A stretch of DNA of 63,481 bases, counting the filler, from Guillardia theta CCMP2712 (Eukaryota > Protista > Cryptophyta), in NCBI RefSeq assembly GCF_000315625.1. It is 6 parts of 6 records of this genome, joined end to end, with 100 filler letters (N's around TTAATTAATTAA, not from the genome) between each part and the next. Parts side by side here need not be neighbours in the genome. Positions count along the whole stretch, not along the records: positions 1 to 28,922 come from NW_005434568.1; positions 29,023 to 35,624 come from NW_005434219.1; positions 35,725 to 51,909 come from NW_005434326.1; 3 more parts are not named here. The stretch is one strand, 5' to 3'. The position numbers were made by a program, and so were the translations under genes. Below, one piece after another: positions 23,048-42,146 of the stretch. Below the pieces are notes generated by a model, which had not been told where the DNA came from, did not search any database, and saw nothing but the letters and a program-made list of their open reading frames with translations. The stretch's first letter is position 1. Every line of letters starts with the position of its first letter.

Positions 23048-24327
23048 ATGAAGATCATTTCATCTCTGTTCTTGCTCGCGCTGCTCACATCCGGTATGCC
23101 TGCATGAAGTCTCTGAAACACTTTCAACATCTGATTCGATTGCTGGTAGGTTGTCGTGCGCAGAATCAAACAAACGAGATCCCCTATGTGGCTGGAACGT
23201 GGGAGATTACGTACACGTACAATGAGATGTTCGGTCCTCTTGGAGGGGTGATCACCAATCCTTGCCGCGGCCCGTTTCCTTATCGTTACACGTGGAACGT
23301 GTTGATTTACCAACTTGTAAGTGATGTGAATGGCACCAAGCAAACAACCGGAAACATCCGAGCCTGCTGGTCTGATCGGATGAATTGCATCAACGATGCT
23401 CTCAACTGGACCATTCGCGAGGGTGACAGGTAAAGTAGAGGTTGACCGCATGTGACAACATTCTGAACCTCATGTCAAGCTCCTACGTTAAGCAAGAATG
23501 TTATTTTCGTCCTTACGACCAATACGGAAGCAATTATATCCTATACCCTGGATATCCTCAGGGTTTGTTGCTTTGTCGCATGTGTGTGCTGCAACGATTC
23601 ATAACGGTTGCTCGACAGGGGGATATCAAACTGAGATCAAACCAACAGATCGGTTTGGAAACACCATCTCTTCGAGGCTTTACAGCCGGTTTGCTGTACC
23701 CAATACTTCTCCGGTACCTCTTGACGAGCTGATGTCTTGACACCTGACTTCTTCGGCTTCAAGTTTGTGTACGGCTCATTCTGCAATCAGTTTGCATGGT
23801 ACGATGGAACCACGACTGTCAAAGACACCCCTCTCTACAAGTATATCTTGTGAAAGCAGTGCGACTGAAGATTGACGCAAGTGCATGGAAGGGGCTCATG
23901 GCGATATGACAATGAGACTTGGATCTTTCTGAGACCGATCGAGAACTGCCCCTGCTTCCCAGCGTCAGTACTGCCATCCTCGTACGCCTCTTCTGATGAA
24001 TGTTCCAGGTGCTCTGAGTGCGAGGAGACTATCCCCAACACGATTCTCAAGCAAGTCAGGAACGACGGAGGCGCGTGTCTGGCCAAGTACGGCTACAGCA
24101 TCAAGGACTGCGAATGGTCCATCGTCGGGGTTGGCGGCGGGCCCGCCGTGTTCCCCCCAGCCACGACAGGACTGCCGCAGACAAGCAGGGGAGAGGATCA
24201 GGTCTGTTTCTCTTACGCCAACATCAAAGGAACCAAGCTCAAGGGTCCCACCTCCCTGCCGCAAGTGGTCGCAGCTAGCTGGGGAAAGATTGGAATACCC
24301 TCCCAGAATTTGAATCCAAACCCCTGA
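23048..24327 (+). CDS. Hypothetical secreted Cys/aromatic-rich protein, multi-exon
   Basis: Signal-like MKIISSLFLLALLTS followed by a GTATG donor; in-frame exons (GCRAQNQTNEIPYVAGTWEITY..., ...WIFLRPIENCPC...). No family recognised. Confidence 0.55.
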
Positions 24328-24673
24328 GCACACTTACAAGGCAGCGGGCAGCAAGGGTCGCTGCTTCACAGTCAAAGATTCAAGCAGCGAAGCCTCACGC
24401 GTTTTTCAGATTCGTTTGAACGTGAAAGCATGCAAAGAAACACATCATGACCCCTTCTCGCGTCTCCGAAACAATCGTTGTCAAAGGGAAAGCAAGGCAA
24501 GAGGAGGCAGAGGTGGGACAGTGTTGGAGCAGGCACCGCGATTGTTTCTGGGTTGGACATCCCTGCTGGCAGCGGCTCGGTAGGGAGAGTCACTTGAGTT
24601 CGAGGTCGACCAAGGGAAAGAGCAGCACGTGTTGATCGCTACTAGAAGCAACAAAGAAGTTCAAACGGCTAAG

Positions 24674-27135
24674 TCAGGTGAAGTTGTACAGGAGTGCCTT
24701 CCCGTCATCCCCCGATGTGACCAGCAGCTGTTTCATGTGAATCAGATCTCAGGCCCGACTGTGCGGTCAATTACCTCGCTGGTTGACTTCCCCGCCATCA
24801 CCTCAGCTGATGCGATGCAACGAACCGCAGCTTTGTTCGCCCCCAACCCCCAGCAGACGGCACCTGAGAACAATGAGGAAAGGAGAAGACGAGGATGTTG
24901 TCACCTGTCTCTACGTCGTGGGCGAGCAGCATTCCGTCACCAGCTCCACTAAGAATGATACTTCCAGCCATGGCGAGAGAGTATATGAAGTCCTCGAGGT
25001 TGAACTGAGTTTGTACATTGAACACGTAACTAGATGTACCTTGTGCTCTGTGAAGGTGAACCTTGGCTGAAACCCACTCCTTGCGTCAAGAACCTGATTG
25101 CCATCTCAACCTGACGTATGGATGGTTGTTTCTTTCCACCTGAACCCGGCAGTCTGCTCCGGCAGTTACCACGTCTGTCGTAGCCATGTTGGGAGAGGTT
25201 CTCCTGACGACGATGTTTCCTACGGCGCCCGAACCTGAGTCTTGGGCGTTAGATGTATCATGACGATCTCATGGATGGAGAAAGACCTTGCTGGGTAACA
25301 TGTGCTGCAATCTGATGGATAAACCGCTCCTCTCTCACGTCCCATACCTTCACTTTGCCATCCTGCACTCCCTTCAGGTCAGGATGTGGTGAAGAGGAGG
25401 AGAGAGAAAACGACGGGAGGGTGGGGGGTGAGGAGACCTGTGCTCCTACTAGGAAGGTATTGCCGTCAAGCCATGCCAGGCTTGTTATGTGCCCGCCATG
25501 TCCCGGTATTCTCCTCGACTTGTTCGCCTGCTCCGACAGGACTTCAATCCTGAGGTTCACTTCCCCAGCCCTCCTCGGCCTCTTCCACCTCCACGTCCCA
25601 CAACATGGCGACACCGTCTCTGTCCCCCGAGACAAGGCTGCTCGTCTCCGCCTGCTCTTGCGGTTCAGGACCGACCTCCTCCTCACTTGCTCGCACCACA
25701 GCCATGCAGAGAACCGGTGCCGAGTGCCCTGACCAGCTCGTCACAGGAAGCTTTTGGAGGAAGAGAAAGGTCACCTTTCAGCGAAGACGCAAGGGCTCGA
25801 CTGGCATGTTTGCTCAGGTCCCACACGCACACCTGAAAGGAGGGTGTGACTTGAAGCGTCGTCTGACGGCTATCGGGGAACCGTCTTGTCGTAGCTCGAG
25901 GTGAAGGCGAAGTTGCCACCTGAAGCAGCGAGCAACGAGGATGTGACTACAACTGTCTTACGGCGAGGGGGGAGGAGAACCTCCGTCGCTCTGCACTGCC
26001 TTCATGTCACTGATGCTTGCCGAATGTCCTTGCAGATCAGAGCATTGAGCTCCTGTCCACGTTGCAGCATGTGAGCGACGAGGAGAAATACGAGGATGAA
26101 TGGAAGACGGAGAAGGGAGGAGGGAGGAGGGAGGGAGGAGCAGGAAGCGGGGGGTAGAGAAGTTAGAGTGGCATTGAGGGTTGAGGACGAAGGAAGAGAC
26201 GAGAAGAAAAGAAAGAGGAAGCGCAAGGGAGGGAGAGAGGGAGGAGCCGGTCTTCAAGTAGCGCACCAGCTTTGTTCCACAAGCAGAGTTTCCCGTCCAT
26301 ACCCCCCGAGAGGACGCGGCCATCTGCGGTATGGGAGACGCAGGTGACCCACTCAGTGTGGCCGTGGGTCTGAGGAGGGACGAGGTGAGCGAGGAGGAGC
26401 GGAGGGTCGAGCGACCTTGGTGTAGAGGGTTCGCGATTTCCTCTGCTTGACTAGGTCGATGCCGTAGAGCGCGTGATCGGTAGAGCCGATGACTGCTTCA
26501 CCTCCCCTTCAGCAGGGCTGTCAGCTAGTCCCCAGCTGCTCGCCTCCCTGTACCAGACGCTGATGCAAGTGTTGGGGCGGTCGCTCAGGTCCAGCAAAGT
26601 TCCTTCAGCGTTCTGAATCATCAGGTTGGTCAGTCGTAGAGGACGGAGGAGGAAAGAAGAGGAATGAGTGAGGGCGAGGGAAGGAGAAAGGAGGGATGGA
26701 GGAGAAGGGAACGACGAAGGATGTGAGGAGGATTATGGAGCGAGGGAGCGATCAGCAAGATGGATGGAAGGATGGATGGAGTTGAGAAAAACGTAAGGAG
26801 AAGTAAAGTGTGAGAGAAAAAGGAACAAGATGTTAGGTAGTCCACCTCCGGCCCAGATTTCCAAGACGCTCTTGTGCTCCAAATGGATAAAGTTTCAAGT
26901 TGAGTCGTCAGCTTTCCGATCGATTCCAACGCTGATCATCATCGCGATCACTCCCCACTGGGGTAGGAGGGGAAGAGGATAGCAACAAGTGAAGGTGAGG
27001 GAGGAGAGGAGGAGAGGAGGAGAGGAGGAGACCGCTCATCCTCGCAGCTCCTTGTGTTGTCTTGGCCACTTGCTGCTTTGCCGCCTCGGGCGTCTCGCCA
27101 CTCAGCAGGGCGTATGCGGCGTGAAAGTTTTCCAT
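24674..27135 (-). CDS. WD40 repeat protein, multi-exon
   Basis: Spliced WD motifs: GHTEWVT/CVSHTADGRVLSGGMDGKLCLWN, GHSAPVLCM...LVSGDRDGVAMLWD, GHGGHITSL...DGKVKVWD, and terminal GDDGKALLYNFT*. Confidence 0.85.
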
Positions 27136-27479
27136 GTAGCTGCGTCAGCGTCAGCTCAGCCTCGGGCAGCAGACGCGACGACTTGTCGTTGAGCGCGTGG
27201 CTGCGGGAGGCATGACCAGCCGTCGCCTGTAGGAGAGTGAGTGGCGAACCGATCCCCTCCGACGCCTTCGCATCCTCCGTCTCTCCGTCTCTCCGTCGCT
27301 ACCCTCCTACCTCCTCCCATTCATCTCTCCTTTCGTACCTCCTCTTTCCCTGCATTGCTATTTCCCTGCCTGCCTCGCTCCTTCCGTTCCTCTCTCCAGG
27401 CCTTCTCCTTCCTCCCTCCCCCCCCCCCCCCCCCCCGTCCCCTTTCCCCCCTCCCTCTCCCCTTGCTTTGGAATAGAGC

Positions 27480-28197
27480 AGTCAGGTATCACCTTTCTCC
27501 CCAGCAACGCTGTCTCGGCATAGAGGACCTTGACCTTGTCCGGGCTGACATCGAGGCGTCAGACACGCAGGATCTCCTTCCTCGCCCTCCTTCACCGCAC
27601 GAGATGGCCATGGTTCTTCTGGCACTTGAAATATTTCTTCCCCTACCCAGCCCATCATGACGGCAGCGCCTCTACTCCTGCCTCCTGCCTCCTGCCTCCT
27701 GCCTCCTGCCTCCTGCCTCCTGCCTCCTCCTCATGCATGCTCCTCCCTACACCCAACTCTCTCCTTCTGCCTCTTTCTCTCCTCCGCCCTCCATCCCCTG
27801 TCTTCTCTCCTCTCTCCTCTCTCCTCCACTTTCCTCCCTCCATCCTCCGCCCATCCTCCTCCTGACCTTGATAGTTCCGTCATTCTTGCCTACTGGCTGA
27901 TCATACACAACTCCGACCCACCTTGTGCAGAACGTCAGCAGGTCCAGGCAGAACGCAGCATTCTTTCATCGCACAACATCGGAGCAACAACACACAGATT
28001 GTGAGATAATCGGCAAGGGAGGAAAACAGTGCAGGGCCATGGCACATACATTCCAGATGGGAGATCTGGAAGATCGGAGCCAAGAAACGCGATTTCACCT
28101 AAAACAAGACTGTCAGCAGAGAGCTGAACAAGTTGAGTTCTTACCGGTGTTTCCATCTACAACACATCTCTGACCAACTTCCATGTGTTCAGCAGCA
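27480..28197 (-). CDS. CAP-Gly domain exons (C-terminal part of a gene)
   Basis: Spliced reading MEVGQRCVVDGNT/GEIAFLGSDLPDLPSG/WVGVVYDQPVGKNDGTIK/GKKYFKCQKNHGHLVR/PDKVKV, containing the canonical GKNDG motif. Confidence 0.85.
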
Positions 28198-28922
28198 CCT
28201 GATCGAAGTGTCCATTACTACCCTAGACACCCCGATCGATTTGCCCTAATCCCTCGTTCTGTTCCTTTCTTTACCTCTGTCTCCCATACCTGCATAGCCC
28301 TCGCTCCCTCCTTCCTTCCCTTGCCCTCCCTCCCATCCCCGTCTCCTTCTCCCCCTAACCCCGCTCCTCCTGCTCCTCCTGCTCCTCCTGCTCCTCCTGC
28401 TCCTGCTCCTGCTCCTGCTCCTCCTCCTGCTCCTCCTCCTGCTCCTGCTCCTCCTGCTCCCCCTTCCTCCTCCTCCTGCTCCTCCTCCTGCTCCTCCTCC
28501 TGCTCCTCCTCCTCTTTGTTATCGCCCTCCTCCTCCTCCATGACCTCAATCCAATCCTTGTGCCTTCGTCTGCGTGCTATGTCCTCCTCCTCTTCCATCC
28601 TCCCTCTCCCCGTCTCAACCCTTCCTCCCCTCACGCTTTTTCGTAGCCTCCTGAGCTGTGGTGGGACGGAGCTTACCCAGACATGGTGGACAAGCTCAAA
28701 CAGAAAGTTGTCAACTGGTGTACAGACTATATCACCTCTCCTTTGCTCACAATCAACATCTCATCTTGCAATCTATCTCTTCTCCCATCTCACAATTCAA
28801 TATCTCCCTCTCTCCTCTCCTAATAACTCCCTCCCGTGAGCTTACGCTCCTTGCAAGGTTCTATGTCATTCCAAGAACGCATGTAAGGTTGAAGAACAGA
28901 TACAACAGGTTCTATAGGTGAT

Positions 28923-29022
28923 NNNNNNNNNNNNNNNNNNNNNNNNNNNNNNNNNNNNNNNNNNNNTTAATTAATTAANNNNNNNNNNNNNNNNNNNNNN
29001 NNNNNNNNNNNNNNNNNNNNNN
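28923..29022. other. Assembly gap spacer
   Basis: 100 bp of N with a central TTAATTAATTAA (stops in all frames). Confidence 0.98.
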
Positions 29023-29099
29023 ATTTCATCCAAACTCGTCAATTTCTTTCTTTCAGTCAGCAGTAGCAAAAGGAGGAGGAGAAGATGGAAGGAGGAGGT

Positions 29100-31657
<2,558 letters not shown>

Positions 31658-31829
31658 AGAGGAGGTTCGAGAAGTCAGCTCGTTGGCTCCATGCTGAAAA
31701 TTCTGAAGTCAATCTCTCAGCGACTCATCAGGTTCTCTCCTCCTCCCTCTCTCCTCCCTCTCGCCTCCTGCTTTGAAAACCGCGCATGATGTAGTTTGAC
31801 CTTTTTCTTTGTTCTAGCTAGTACCGTAG

Positions 31830-31873
31830 CTGATTGTCCTCGTACTGATTTTTAACTTAACTTTGAGTAAAGA
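31830..31873 (-). mobile_element. Solo terminal fragment of the short element family
   Basis: Reverse complement TCTTTACTCAAAGTTAAGTTAAAAATCAGTACGAGGACAATCAG matches 7664-7707. Confidence 0.7.
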
Positions 31874-32367
31874 ACCGTAGAGTAGTTGGATCCGATCCGA
31901 GTCACTCGGATCCGGTCAGACTCCTCGGCCCTCAGGCTGATCGCTCAGCCGCTGGGCAGCCTGGCCGGGCACCTGCAACTCCACTGAGATTCTGGATGGA
32001 CACAGTCGCGACTGAGCCTGCAGAGAATGAGTGTTTGACGGACATGCGAGGTGAGGTCAACTGCTACGGTTTGAGCCTCTTGTTCGAAGTGCGGCATCTA
32101 CATGTTCTGATCGCTCTACAAGAACTCACGATTGGCAGTTGTACAATGATTCATTCACGTCTACAGGCTCTCAGTCTTGGAGGAACTTGGGGATTGTACC
32201 TGCTCTCTGGTATCCAGAGTCTTCGAAAAACAGTACACCCTGGTAGCTTCCTTTGCTCACTTGAGTTGCTCACTTGGTTACGATATGAGATTGCAGTGTG
32301 CGAACATGTTCACTCGGTCTGATCGTTAGTTACATCCTTACTTTATTCGTCACCGAATGTCACAGGT

Positions 32368-32898
32368 TTACGAGGAGTAGGTGACAAACTCAGCAGCAGC
32401 CTTGGTGACGGCGGTACCAGCGCACCTGCAAGTGAAGTGAGAAGACAACACTCCATCCTCCCCTTCCTTGCTCCTCCTCATAGCTCCCTTTTCCTTCCTC
32501 CTCTGCCAGCGCTCACATGTAGGAGATGTCATCGCAGTTGGAGTTGGCGACAGAGTCAGAGTAGCTCTGCATGGCGCTAGCTGGGGGAGCTGGCTCGACG
32601 ATGTCGGAGATGGAGAGCGACACAAACTGGCGGATGGTCTGCAAGAAGATGGTCAATTGCACGTCAGACAACAAGCTCATCATGTCTGCACGTAGTCTGG
32701 AATGAAGACCAAGGACAGATGAAGCCGAAGATTTGAGTAGAAAATGACAAGAGCAACACAGTAGGGGTTGAGACTTAGTCTCAACCTCTCAGGCACAAGA
32801 GCAATCCCGTAAGGAAGGAGGAAGGAGGAAGGAGGAAGGAGCGGGAAGAAGGGCGCGGCACAGAGCATGTGGCGACATGGCGGCGGTACCTGGAACAT
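32368..32898 (-). CDS. Small spliced peptide (~62 aa), unknown function
   Basis: gccATGTTCCAG/GT start. Canonical splicing gives MFQ-TIRQFVSLSISDIVEPAPPASAMQSYSDSVANSNCDDISYM-CAGTAVTKAAAEFVTYSS* with C-ending codon bias. Confidence 0.6.
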
Positions 32899-32949
32899 GG
32901 CGATATCGGCCTTCTAGTCCTTGAGAGCGATAAGAGGAGTCAAAGTAGT

Positions 32950-33950
32950 CTGGGGGTAGGGTGGAGCAAGGCTCAGACGTATGGGTGGGTACTGGGGTGG
33001 GATTGAAACGACCTTCTTGTGCGTATGCACCAGATGATGTAGGGTGGGGTAGACGAATTTGACCTTATATGGGGGTACTTTAATTGTGAAAAGAGGGGGT
33101 GATAGTGGAACTAAGGTCCAGAAGTGGAGCCGGGGTGGGGTTATGGTCCTAATGAAGTCAACGTGGAGGGGTAGTGACAGTGGGCCGACTCCGGTGAAAG
33201 TTCAATTTAAGACTGAAAGGAGGGGGGTGGGGTACTGGAGAGAGGGCGGCACCAAAAGCGTACCTTGGAGGAACTGGGAGGAGGGGGTCATTGAAGCATG
33301 AGATTGAGGTAAAAAGGGGTGGTGGGGTGGTACGCGGAAAATTGACTGATGTGACGAGTGAGAGTGAGCTGGGAAGGGGTGGAACATAGCACTATTGAGG
33401 GGGTAGGGGTAGTCGTTCTCTCCGCGGAGTCTATTTCCGGGCCGCCTTACTGAACTGGCACCGTCGGGTAAAAGGCCGCTCTCGCGAGCCCGGCCCGGCC
33501 GGCGGCGGCCCGGCTCTCACGACACTGCGGGGCCGCCCGGGGGCCCGGCGCCGCGCGGCTGCCGCGTACGGTCCCGACCGTCGACGGTCCGACGGTCCGA
33601 TCCGATCAGTGGACCCGGTACGCCGTTGACTCACGGTACCGTGACCGTACGGTACAGTCGTGTGACCCCCGCCCCGGGCCGAGTCCGCCGATCCCGCGAT
33701 GATCCCGAGTCTGTCCGGCCGGCGGCGATGATGCGCACTGAGCGGCTCACTTCGACTCCTGCTCGGAGGAGGTCGGCAAGACCCATACCGGGTACCGGGT
33801 CGTCGGGGTCCCGGGCGCGGCCCGTGCCGCCACCGGCGGCGGCCCCCGGGTGCCAGTGACAGCGGCGTGACAGTCACGCGGCCCCCGTGTGACCTGCCGG
33901 GCCCGCCGCCGGCGGTTCCTTTAATACTTGGCTTCCGGTGCGGGCCCGGA
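32950..33950. repeat. Intergenic block: G-rich tracts then CpG/palindrome-rich block
   Basis: GGGTGG/GGGGTAG runs at 32950-33420 (opposite-strand counterpart of 4320-4960 in style), then a CCGG/GTAC-rich block. Confidence 0.5.
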
Positions 33951-35045
33951 GGTTCCTTGTAGGTCTTAAAAGTTTCAGTCAACTCGAGAACAATTGTTTT
34001 TTTTGCCAAGAGCTCTTATTTCTCTTTTAAACTCCTGAAAAGGTGTGTTTCCAGATAATCACCTCCGTGACTCCGGAGTCCCGGTATCTACTTCAATTGC
34101 CTTGCCTTGAATCATCCGGCAGACATCTCATTTCTTTCAGTTCTGTTTCTATGTAATAAACCCATAGGTCCTCACTTGAGCCTCCTGGAGCTGGGTTGAC
34201 CGTCAATCGACCCTGGGAGTCGCTTCTCTGATCCCCCATGACTTATTATTCGAAAATGAGTCTTTTGAATCATATCCGAATATCTCGAGATTTTAAGTAC
34301 CAGACGAAATGTCTTTTTGACCCCTTGGAATGATCTACAGATACAAACTAAACCGTACAAGATATCCACGTTGAGCTAAACCCTCCTCTCCAGGACATGC
34401 AAGGCTCCGGAAACATGGTACATGAGTACCCCCCATTTTGACCCAAAAAGCCAGTCATCAGGGTGGTGGGTACGTGATTTACTCGAAGGCAGTAGTCCTT
34501 GATCATGTTTGACTCTCGAGATTGAAGATTTGAAAAGAAGTCTTTTCATATCAGGTAAATCAGATCTCGAGGTGTGATATCCATTCTGCACCCTACCCCC
34601 TAGACGCGATGTTAACAACAAGGGGGTGATTGAAAACTTACTTCACACCAACAGAAACTGTCAATTAAATTTCAAATTGTTATTCTTCATGTTATAAACA
34701 GATGAAACTATTTGACCACCCCAGTCACTAAAATTTACTTGCATCACCCTACCCCCCTCTTGCTTTCTTGGCTCTTCTTCCCCGCACTCCGTTCGGCAGC
34801 CGCGATCTACTTCCTCTCTCCCTCCTTGCACGAACGACAGCAATCCCTCCCTCCCCCCCTCCTGCCCTCCTGCCCTCTCCTCTCCTCCTCTCCCTTCTAC
34901 CGCTCTCCCGCTCCTTCTCTTCCTCTGCTCCCCTCCCTTCCTTTTCTTCCCTTGTCTCCTCCACACCTTGCCAGCCCCTCGTTCGTCGTGTCACGTGGAG
35001 ACCACAGCCGCTTTACTTGCGACCTCCTCTCATTTTCTATCGCTC

Positions 35046-35595
35046 ATGGCAGGACAAACAGTTTGCGTGAACGCTCGAGTGAGAGATGGGTACGAAGAGA
35101 CAACACGCACAGTCAACCTGGATCTTGACATGATAAGGAGCTTGTTTTACCTGAAGCAGGAGGACGCTGCTGTGCAACTGGTAAGCGCGTGCTGTTGCGG
35201 AACGTGATGACGCGTCTGACTTTCTTGTCCAGGGCATCTCCCTCACAAGCTTGAAGACAGCCTGCCGCAAACTCGGCATATCGCGATGGCCTTACTCCAG
35301 GACCCGGAGCGCTTCTATCACCGGCAGGGATACTTCACGAAGCTCGCCGAGCGAGGCTATGGACCAAGTGATGGAGGAGGAGGTAGAGGGATCGAACGCG
35401 AGCATGAGCTGCATGGAGGATGTCTACAGTGATGCTGGCGTGTGTGACGACTGGATGATGGACATGGAGATCGTCAACAACCAGCGGGACTTTGTGGAGC
35501 TGGCGTTGAGTGTGCTCCCCAGGGAGCATGATTGGATAGAGTGGTACGTCAGGAGCGACGACAGCGAGCCTGTCATCCGTGATTGGCCTCTCTGA
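35046..35595 (+). CDS. RWP-RK domain transcription factor
   Basis: LDLDMIRSLFYLKQEDAAVQL / intron 35181-35232 / GISLTSLKTACRKLGISRWPYSR, followed by an acidic tail. Confidence 0.92.
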
Positions 35596-35624
35596 ACTCT
35601 CCGCCTCCTCCTCTGTAATTTGTG

Positions 35625-35724
35625 NNNNNNNNNNNNNNNNNNNNNNNNNNNNNNNNNNNNNNNNNNNNTTAATTAATTAANNNNNNNNNNNNNNNNNNNN
35701 NNNNNNNNNNNNNNNNNNNNNNNN
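35625..35724. other. Assembly gap spacer
   Basis: N run with TTAATTAATTAA. Confidence 0.98.
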
Positions 35725-36079
35725 TTCCCTCCTCCTCCTCCTCCTCCCACTCAAGGCTCTCGTCCTCCTCTCCTCCTCAACGACCTCCTCCTCCTCCTCC
35801 TCGAGCTCCTCCAGCTTCTCCTCTTGCTTTTCCTCTCCCTCCACCCTCCTCCTCTTTCCCCCTCTTGCTTTTTTCTCATCCTTCTGCTTTTCCTCCTCCT
35901 GACTCTTTGCTTGGCCCCGTCCCTCGAGCAACCCCTCCTCCACCTCCGCTAACGCAGCCTTGGGCTTTCATAGCCTACGGCTCAACCCGCGCGGGTTCCT
36001 ACCTTCCCCTACCTGTCTCAGAGCCTCCCTTCCTCTCCTAGCGATGAAAATGATATTCAGATACAGGTACAGATAAGGT

Positions 36080-36165
36080 AGCAGTGGGAGGGCGAGGAGG
36101 CTTGTAGCTTTGTTATTATTAATGTACAGATCCATCTCCTACATCCTCCTCGCCCTCCCACTGCT
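36080..36165. other. Inverted repeat / hairpin with a 21-bp perfect stem
   Basis: AGCAGTGGGAGGGCGAGGAGG (36080-36100) pairs with CCTCCTCGCCCTCCCACTGCT (36145-36165). Confidence 0.8.
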
Positions 36166-36282
36166 CCTCCTCCTCCAGCACCAACACCAACACCACCACC
36201 TCCTCCTCCACCACCAGCACTTCCTCGCCCTCCTCCTCCTCGTCCTCCTCTAGCACCAGCCCCTCCTCTCTCCCCCCCTACC

Positions 36283-40672
<4,390 letters not shown>

Positions 40673-41447
40673 TGAAAACAAATTTCAGCCGCATGCGATA
40701 CCTTCCCTCTTACTCGTCCTCTCCCTCCTCCCTCTCCCTCCTCCCCCGCTGCTGCTTTGAGTTTTTCTTCCTCTTCTGCTCTGCTTATTTGGACTTCTCC
40801 TTACAACCTTCTTCTTCTTCCCTTTTGAAATCTTCTTGCTGATCAGCGCATCTGGACAACCGAATCAATCACAGCCAACGCAAAGTGAAGCGAGAGGGAG
40901 GGAGGGAGAGAGCTGAAGTTGATACACACCTTTTCCTGTCTCTGTCCCCGCATTCTGATCTGGCTGCATCTTGATGTTGATCTTTGATCTGCTTCATAAT
41001 CAGTCAGGTAGTTTCAGTTGACATCAGTCTCCTTTATCCTCTCGCCACTCCTCCCAACTCTTCTCTAAGCCCTTCCTCCTTTCCCCTTCCCCACACTACT
41101 CTACTGCTTTCTTCCTCCCCTCCCATCTCATCTCTCCTCCTTCCTTCCCTTCCGCCCCTCCTCCCTCCTCCCTCCTCCCTCCTCCCTCCTCCCTCCACCG
41201 CCTCCTTCGCCCTGTTCTTCCCCCGCATGTTCGTTTGACTTCTTTATTGACTGAAAAAGAAGGACAAACCGGCTTCAGTTGAAGAGTGACCGTTATAAAA
41301 CGTTACAATATGCCTATGGTTGTAACCGTCGTTGACTTAATCTCTTGAGGCGAGCTCGCTTGTGTATTTGACCCGCTAAATGCGGCGATATGGATGGGAA
41401 GGAGACAACAAGGAAGGGGGAGGGAGGGAGGGAGGGAGGGAGGGAGG

Positions 41448-41488
<41 letters not shown>

Positions 41489-42146
41489 ATGGTTGGCATG
41501 CAGAGACAGAGAGACAGGCACATTCTGGGAGAGCGAAGGGTGAGGAAGAGAGCGGGAGAAAGGACAAGAACGAGAGGATGAAAGGGAGGATGACAGATAC
41601 GGGACACACAGCTTGTAATGATAACGGTTATCAGATGACCTTCGCACTGCTCAAGACTGCCATGACAGCGAGTCTGTACAATGTGATACCTCAACCTGCG
41701 TCTATCGCTCGCTGACGACTGCGAGCAGAACTGGTACGCGACTGGAGTCGATATGGACGGTGGGATGCGCTAGTTGCTGACAATACAGAAGTAGCTGACG
41801 TTGTCGAGCAGACACGGTAAACGACTACCATCAGGGGTAAGCTTCCTTCTCCTCCTTCCTCCTCACGCCGAGCTTCTCCTCTTCTTCTCCCTCCTCACGT
41901 TGAGCAGGGGGCCCTATGATGTCCCAAGCGGCACGGCATGGTCCGACGGCGCGTCAGGGTTCGGAGAGAGCTGGGACGATACGCAACGTATGGCAGCCGC
42001 TCCTCGCTTGTTGATTCCGTGACGTGGCATGCAGATTGAGCTCCTATCCCTCCTCGCTCGCTCCAAGCTCTGCCTCTGCCTTCACTTTCCTTCGCCGGCC
42101 TCGTCCCCTTGATCAGTCTGCATTCCTATTCTGCTTGCTTGTCAGG

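Noticed and set aside
28923-29022. Repeated TTAATTAATTAA motif
   Set aside because: Artificial stop linker inside identical 100-bp N spacers.
34050-34600. AT-richer segment as a degraded transposon or viral fragment
   Set aside because: No recognisable protein motif or termini.
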